Source: Candidatus Omnitrophota bacterium (lineage in GTDB: Bacteria > Omnitrophota > Gorgyraeia > Duberdicusellales > 4484-171). From it: a stretch of DNA of 64,000 bases. Location of the stretch: assembly GCA_024231025.1 (NCBI GenBank), contig JAAEQW010000006.1, positions 236-64,235 of the forward strand, in the 5' to 3' direction. The notes below the pieces were generated by a model that made no database searches, had not been told where the DNA came from, and saw only the letters and a list, made by a program, of their open reading frames with translations. Below, in pieces: positions 59,845 to 64,000 of this stretch. Within the stretch, counting starts at the first letter, position 1, and each line of letters begins with the position of its first letter. A program made the translations under genes and the position numbers.

Positions 59845-59853
59845 GGGGGGGGG
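59845..59853. repeat. Homopolymeric G9 tract in the intergenic region downstream of P4 and upstream of the 258-aa gene
   Basis: It reads gagGGGGGGGGGttttt on the plus strand. Confidence 0.7.
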
Positions 59854-59882
59854 TTTTTGTTGGGTAGCAGCCTATCAAGAAA

Positions 59883-62800
59883 TTAATTCCGTGTTTTTTC
59901 CTTTTCTAACAAAGCTTTCACGCCTTTTCCGTCTCTGATTGTCGACACCCTGATCCCTTTTAAATTTTTAAATCGATTAATTAATTTTGGTGACCAGTTA
60001 TATTTAATGGTTCCATCGGCTTTAACTAAATCATCTAACACAATGCCACCTAACCCATTATTGGGCTGTTTTTTTTCCTCCGTTCCTGCTGAAAGAAGGC
60101 TTTTCCAATCACGTTGTGGTAAATACTCCTCACTTTCAGCGAAATATTTTTCTCCTTTATTTGTATGTTCTCCCCCGGGATTATGCGATTTGAATGGTGT
60201 TTTATCACGGCCCCAACTATTCAATAGGACTACACCCATCGGAGAAAGTCCAGATATATGAGATTTTCTCCCTCTAGCTTGAGACAAATGAACCACAAAA
60301 TCAAAATCACCGAGAAAAGTTACCCCTTGTTTATGATCTTCTCGCAAATCAATCATAAATGTATTTGTTTCTATTCCGGCTCTCCTAGCAGAATCAACCA
60401 ATGCAAAAGGTACACTAGCATCACCCCCTGCAAAATCAACAGTCGCAATGCTATAACCCACCTCTTCAATTCTTGCTCTAACAGATGGTACTTTTTCGAT
60501 CGTATTTATTTCAGAATTAACATGGAATGCTCCGATTAATACTACTACTCGGAAATCTTTATTTTCTTCTAGCACTTCTTCAAGCTCCTGGCACAGGTAC
60601 TCTTCTCTTTCTCCTTCAGTAGGATTATGTTTTTGCTGGTCTATATCTATCTGAACTATTTTAATTCCAACAGCGACAAAAGCTCTAACTAGCTCCTCTT
60701 CTCTCACATTAGGACCCACTTCAGCATGCGTTAAAGTTACTGCTTGCCCCTCATTTAAGTCATCAATATTTTTAGTTTTATGAGTTTCAACTGCTAAATG
60801 AGTAATTCCCATTTCTTTAAATTCTTTAGCATGCCTAGCTAGATGTTCACTTATATCCCCATTGTCGTGCATATCACCCATAAATAAAATCTGACGATTA
60901 CCCAATATTTTTCTATAGTTAACTGGTTCTTGGTTTCTGATCAATCTGGCAGCTGCATCATCATAATTATTCCATAAATCATCCACATCTCTGCGCTCAG
61001 CAACCTTTGTTGGCATATCTGGTGGGTCTATTACTTTTTCAATATTTCTATCTAGCATAGACTTGCCATTGCTCGAAGTATTGCTTACAGACTGTTCTTG
61101 CTGTTGACCCGATATCTTTTTTAAACTACTCCACCAACTTATCCTAAGTGCCCCTTCTTTATTCGTTATTTCGCCTTCAATATGGTAATCATCAATACGT
61201 CTTATTGTTATAGTTAAGGCATCGCCAGCATCTGCTTTTCGTAAGGTATGCTCGTTTACTTTTCTATATTTTTCTTCGTACCCTTCTTCTCGCAATGAAT
61301 TAAGAACTTGTTCATATAAAGCATCTGGTATAAGTTCATAATCACCACCTTTTGAAATCCTATCGGACTCAATAGTATATGTAAAACTTGTAAAAGGGGC
61401 TTCTTTGCGCCATCGTTTTAATTCTTCATTATATCTTTCGACTGCCTTAGAGAGATTAATTGGAATAGCTCTATTATCATTAGCATTCTTTTTTAGCATC
61501 CCTGTCGGACTCAAGACAAAAAGCATTGAATCACCTTGCTGAGAATAACCTGGAAAAATACTTACAATATCTCCTGTTTCGATATCAAAATCCAGTTGTA
61601 TTACCCCTCTATTGGTTATAGCACTGCCTCCATCTCCTATAATCGTAAAATTATCTGCCTCTATGCTTTCTCGTAGTAACGCTAAATTCTTTTTTATAAC
61701 TGAATTGCCTTCTTCCATTCCTGGTAATCTTTGTTGGGGGAAAGAGGGCATCTCTTCTGAAGCATTTATTTTGGGATCAGCATATTCCAATGTAGCTAAA
61801 ACATATTGTGCCCATGCTGCCCGCCAGTCAGAATAATAATTTTCTACTATTTCGGTATGCATATCCCAGTCCACATATAAAGTATTATTTTCAACGTCTA
61901 TAAAAGCCATTAAATCTTCTATTGCGCCTACCCTACTAACTGTAGCGAGTGCCTGTGTATTATTAATAAAATCTCGGAGTAGATATATCTTAATGCCCTT
62001 TTTCATCAGAATACCTTGCGGATCATGAATACCATAGGCTCCGCCGCCATCTGGATATAATTCTGATATAGATAAAGCCCTTTCAAGCAGTTCTTTATCT
62101 AGCTCTTCTCTGTAGGCGGCAGCTATTTTTTTAACAACTTCGTTTTGTTCTGGGGTTAATGTTCTACCATCTCGACAAATAGCCATATAGCCTTGACCTG
62201 ATTCAGTAAAGTTATCTATATTAGCAATTTCAACAAGTTTTGTTGGCATACCGGCTGCGGCTTTAATTTCACCAGCATCCGGTCTGGTTTCCGTTACATC
62301 TTTTAGGACATGACCTCCGGAATAATATCGACGATTTACTTTTTTACGACTAGCTTGATCATAGTCTTTTTTGATGTAATCATATACACCTTTTTTGTAG
62401 GCGTCCACGTAAAGATTGAAGATTTTCTCCTTGGCGTCTTTATCTGCAATATCAATACCTTCGATTTTACCCTGGTCAATGTAATATTGAAAAACAGAGT
62501 CTTTGAGCTTTTTCTTAAACCAGCAAGCTAAAACAAAAGAATCATACATCTGCCGTAAAGTAGCAAAGTTTTCACCCTCGTTCACATCTCGTTCGATTTC
62601 CGGTAAAATTATTTCCTTTAAAACTTGAGAGGAGATCTTATTAATTTCTTCTTGGTTTCCATCAACAATAGATTGTTTGTGGTTTAGTGGTTTTGATAAA
62701 GCTAGATAGTCTTCTTCAGACATTGCTTTTAATTTAGTTTCATCGATGAGTACAATGTTTCCTTTTTCTACGAGTTCGGCGGTTTCAGGGACAATCCAAA

Positions 62801-63398
62801 CTTTATTGAATGTATCTATGGGAATATTTGTTGTGCCAATGGCTTTATGTATCTTCTTATATATTTTATTCCAATACCTCTTGCCTAACTCATTTTCAGG
62901 GTAGGTCAAAGTAGATACCAGTTGCTTTAAAATGTAATCTTCTTTTAATAAGTCTTTGCCTAAATCAGTTATTGCCAGGTTATCGGAGGTTACCCTGTCT
63001 TGTTCGTGGGGCGATAAGTTTACCCATAAATCTTCTTCGGGTATCGTAAGCGCAGCTAAAAAATAATTAACCAGTCTGATCATCTCTTTGTCGCTTATAT
63101 CCTCTTGGTCAGCTGGATCAATTATAAACTCAAACTTGAAAGGATCATTTGGATCGATCTTTAATCCTTTTAGTGATGGTTGCGAATGCACTTTAGAAAG
63201 AGGCACTAATGTTGTAGGTGCAGGTAAATTATATACCGATTCTTTAGCTGTTTGGATAGACTTTAACCGCAACAGATTAGGCCTACTAGCAGTCATAAAA
63301 ACCAAGCTAATCATTATGCAAGCTGCCACTCCTAAACATGCAAATTCAAATAATGTAGTGCCTTTTTTCATAATATTTACCCTAGAGTATCGTATCAT
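59883..63398 (-). CDS. P4: 1171-aa signal-anchored protein with the family N-domain and a C-terminal region carrying GxxH...GAxH motifs (tentatively TIKI/ChaN-like)
   Basis: An N-terminal TM helix is followed by the N-domain (...KKVNRRYYSGG). The C-terminal region has ILFMGDMHDNGD...LIGAFHV. An alternative start lies at 63371 (MKKGTT). Confidence 0.65.
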   Translation of the reverse strand: MIRYSRVNIMKKGTTLFEFACLGVAACIMISLVFMTASRPNLLRLKSIQTAKESVYNLPAPTTLVPLSKVHSQPSLKGLKIDPNDPFKFEFIIDPADQEDISDKEMIRLVNYFLAALTIPEEDLWVNLSPHEQDRVTSDNLAITDLGKDLLKEDYILKQLVSTLTYPENELGKRYWNKIYKKIHKAIGTTNIPIDTFNKVWIVPETAELVEKGNIVLIDETKLKAMSEEDYLALSKPLNHKQSIVDGNQEEINKISSQVLKEIILPEIERDVNEGENFATLRQMYDSFVLACWFKKKLKDSVFQYYIDQGKIEGIDIADKDAKEKIFNLYVDAYKKGVYDYIKKDYDQASRKKVNRRYYSGGHVLKDVTETRPDAGEIKAAAGMPTKLVEIANIDNFTESGQGYMAICRDGRTLTPEQNEVVKKIAAAYREELDKELLERALSISELYPDGGGAYGIHDPQGILMKKGIKIYLLRDFINNTQALATVSRVGAIEDLMAFIDVENNTLYVDWDMHTEIVENYYSDWRAAWAQYVLATLEYADPKINASEEMPSFPQQRLPGMEEGNSVIKKNLALLRESIEADNFTIIGDGGSAITNRGVIQLDFDIETGDIVSIFPGYSQQGDSMLFVLSPTGMLKKNANDNRAIPINLSKAVERYNEELKRWRKEAPFTSFTYTIESDRISKGGDYELIPDALYEQVLNSLREEGYEEKYRKVNEHTLRKADAGDALTITIRRIDDYHIEGEITNKEGALRISWWSSLKKISGQQQEQSVSNTSSNGKSMLDRNIEKVIDPPDMPTKVAERRDVDDLWNNYDDAAARLIRNQEPVNYRKILGNRQILFMGDMHDNGDISEHLARHAKEFKEMGITHLAVETHKTKNIDDLNEGQAVTLTHAEVGPNVREEELVRAFVAVGIKIVQIDIDQQKHNPTEGEREEYLCQELEEVLEENKDFRVVVLIGAFHVNSEINTIEKVPSVRARIEEVGYSIATVDFAGGDASVPFALVDSARRAGIETNTFMIDLREDHKQGVTFLGDFDFVVHLSQARGRKSHISGLSPMGVVLLNSWGRDKTPFKSHNPGGEHTNKGEKYFAESEEYLPQRDWKSLLSAGTEEKKQPNNGLGGIVLDDLVKADGTIKYNWSPKLINRFKNLKGIRVSTIRDGKGVKALLEKEKTRN

Positions 63399-63453
63399 TA
63401 AGAAATACCATTTTAATGGGGCAAAAGCTATAAAATAGAGTGATTTTTTAGGG

Positions 63454-63477
63454 TTTTTTGTAAGCGGTTACAAAAAA
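63454..63477. promoter_or_regulatory. Palindrome TTTTTTGTAA-gcgg-TTACAAAAAA, 67 nt upstream of P4
   Basis: It is identical to the P2 site. The surrounding ~75 nt (63406-63479) are near-identical to 53731-53804. Confidence 0.55.
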
Positions 63478-63495
63478 TAGCTTTTTTAATCGGGG

Positions 63496-63583
63496 GTTAC
63501 TCATCACCTCCCCTACCGCAGACATAAAAAATCCGTCCTAAAAAAGGACGGATGTTTTTTATATGGCGGAGAGGGAGGGAATC
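63496..63583 (-). repeat. Family repeat block copy 2: terminator hairpin plus a ~20-nt duplicate of the tRNA-Ser(UGA) 3' end
   Basis: Positions 63496-63583 match 63681-63768 almost base for base, including TGGCGGAGAGGGAGGGA (the tRNA 3' end) at 63564-63580. The terminator stem is at 63531-63553 and is followed by a T-run. Confidence 0.65.
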
Positions 63584-63680
63584 CGTTCCCGAACTTTGTT
63601 CGGGATCCGGGAACCATAAAATGTAATAGCCTATATAACTGGGGTTACAAACCCCTTTTTCGCTTTGCTCAAAAACGGGG

Positions 63681-63768
63681 GTTACTCATCACCTCCCCTA
63701 CCGCAGACATAAAAAATCCGTCCTAAAAAAGGACGGATTTTTTTTATATGGCGGAGAGGGAGGGATTC
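63681..63768 (-). terminator. Family repeat block copy 3 with rho-independent terminator immediately 3' of tRNA-Ser(UGA)
   Basis: The perfect hairpin ATCCGTCC-taaaaaa-GGACGGAT at 63716-63738 is followed by T7-8. It abuts the tRNA 3' end at 63749. Confidence 0.65.
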
Positions 63769-63840
63769 GAACCCCCGGTGAGTTTAACCCCACAACGGTT
63801 TTCAAGACCGCCGCGTTCAACCAGGCTCTGCCACCTCTCC
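63749..63840 (-). tRNA. tRNA-Ser(UGA), 92 nt with encoded CCA
   Basis: The minus-strand acceptor stem is GGAGAGG/CCTCTCC. The anticodon arm is GCGGT-CTTGAAA-ACCGT. A long variable arm is present, and the T-loop is TTCGAAT. Confidence 0.85.
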
Positions 63841-64000
63841 GAGAATTTACTTCGTAAATTCGAGGATTTCGACCCCGAAACTTCGGGGGAGAAATCTTAA
63901 CCACCTTGCTTATTATCAATTAGTGCAAGCTTCTCTTTTCCTAACAGTGTAAGGCTCGAGAACTTCGTCCACCGCGTTCAATCCCGTGCGCTTCGCTACG

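Noticed and set aside
59684-59878. 64-aa ORF between P4 and the 258-aa gene
   Set aside because: It has no motifs and overlaps the G9 tract and an AT-rich intergenic region. It is probably non-coding, although a small protein cannot be excluded.
33400-63900. Possibility that the whole paralog region is a prophage or integrative island
   Set aside because: No integrase, transposase, recombinase, phage structural or conjugation genes occur anywhere in the window. Core genes (pyrE, dusB, PiT, lptFG, smpB) are interspersed between the paralogs. Only the duplicated tRNA 3' end hints at past integration.
63698-63919. ORF 63698-63919 (-) of 73 aa
   Set aside because: It overlaps tRNA-Ser(UGA) and the terminator repeat, so it is a spurious reading frame.

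Overview
This window is a low-GC (~37%) bacterial chromosome segment, most likely from a Gram-negative-type organism (LptF/LptG permeases, an outer-membrane barrel protein, pilin-like and PilZ genes), with genes predominantly on the minus strand. Most of it is housekeeping or core metabolism: spoVG, ispE, a split transketolase, hisG, cysE, rdgB-rph, a split class I fumarase, a queE-queC-queD-murI-amidase-mgtE operon, glgC, an NSS transporter, an ECF sigma factor with a fused anti-sigma/vWA partner, rluA, comF, lptFG, smpB, pyrE, dusB, PiT with its PhoU-like partner, and three tRNAs. The stand-out content is a family of four large paralogous envelope proteins of 866 to 1439 aa (33763-37614 on the plus strand; 51126-53726, 53875-58194 and 59883-63398 on the minus strand). 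Each has an N-terminal anchor followed by a ~310-aa shared domain that I cannot assign to any family I know, then a unique central region and a short shared C-terminal tail. Each gene is preceded by the same palindrome TTGTAA-N4-TTACAA, embedded in a putative promoter. The plus-strand copy sits just downstream of tRNA-Ser(CGA) and a small XRE-type HTH gene. The minus-strand cluster sits downstream of tRNA-Ser(UGA). An ~88-nt terminator-containing repeat that includes a duplicated tRNA 3' end lies between that tRNA and P4, and a third tRNA-less copy lies between the 131-aa gene and P3. Other notable items are an 84-bp tandem repeat (x2.8) in the leader of the NSS transporter, a GC-rich structured element with a C8 tract upstream of mgtE, a G9 homopolymer within the cluster, a standalone Cas4-like nuclease, and a 40-aa N-terminal module shared by three unrelated secreted proteins. 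I found no CRISPR array, integrase or transposase.
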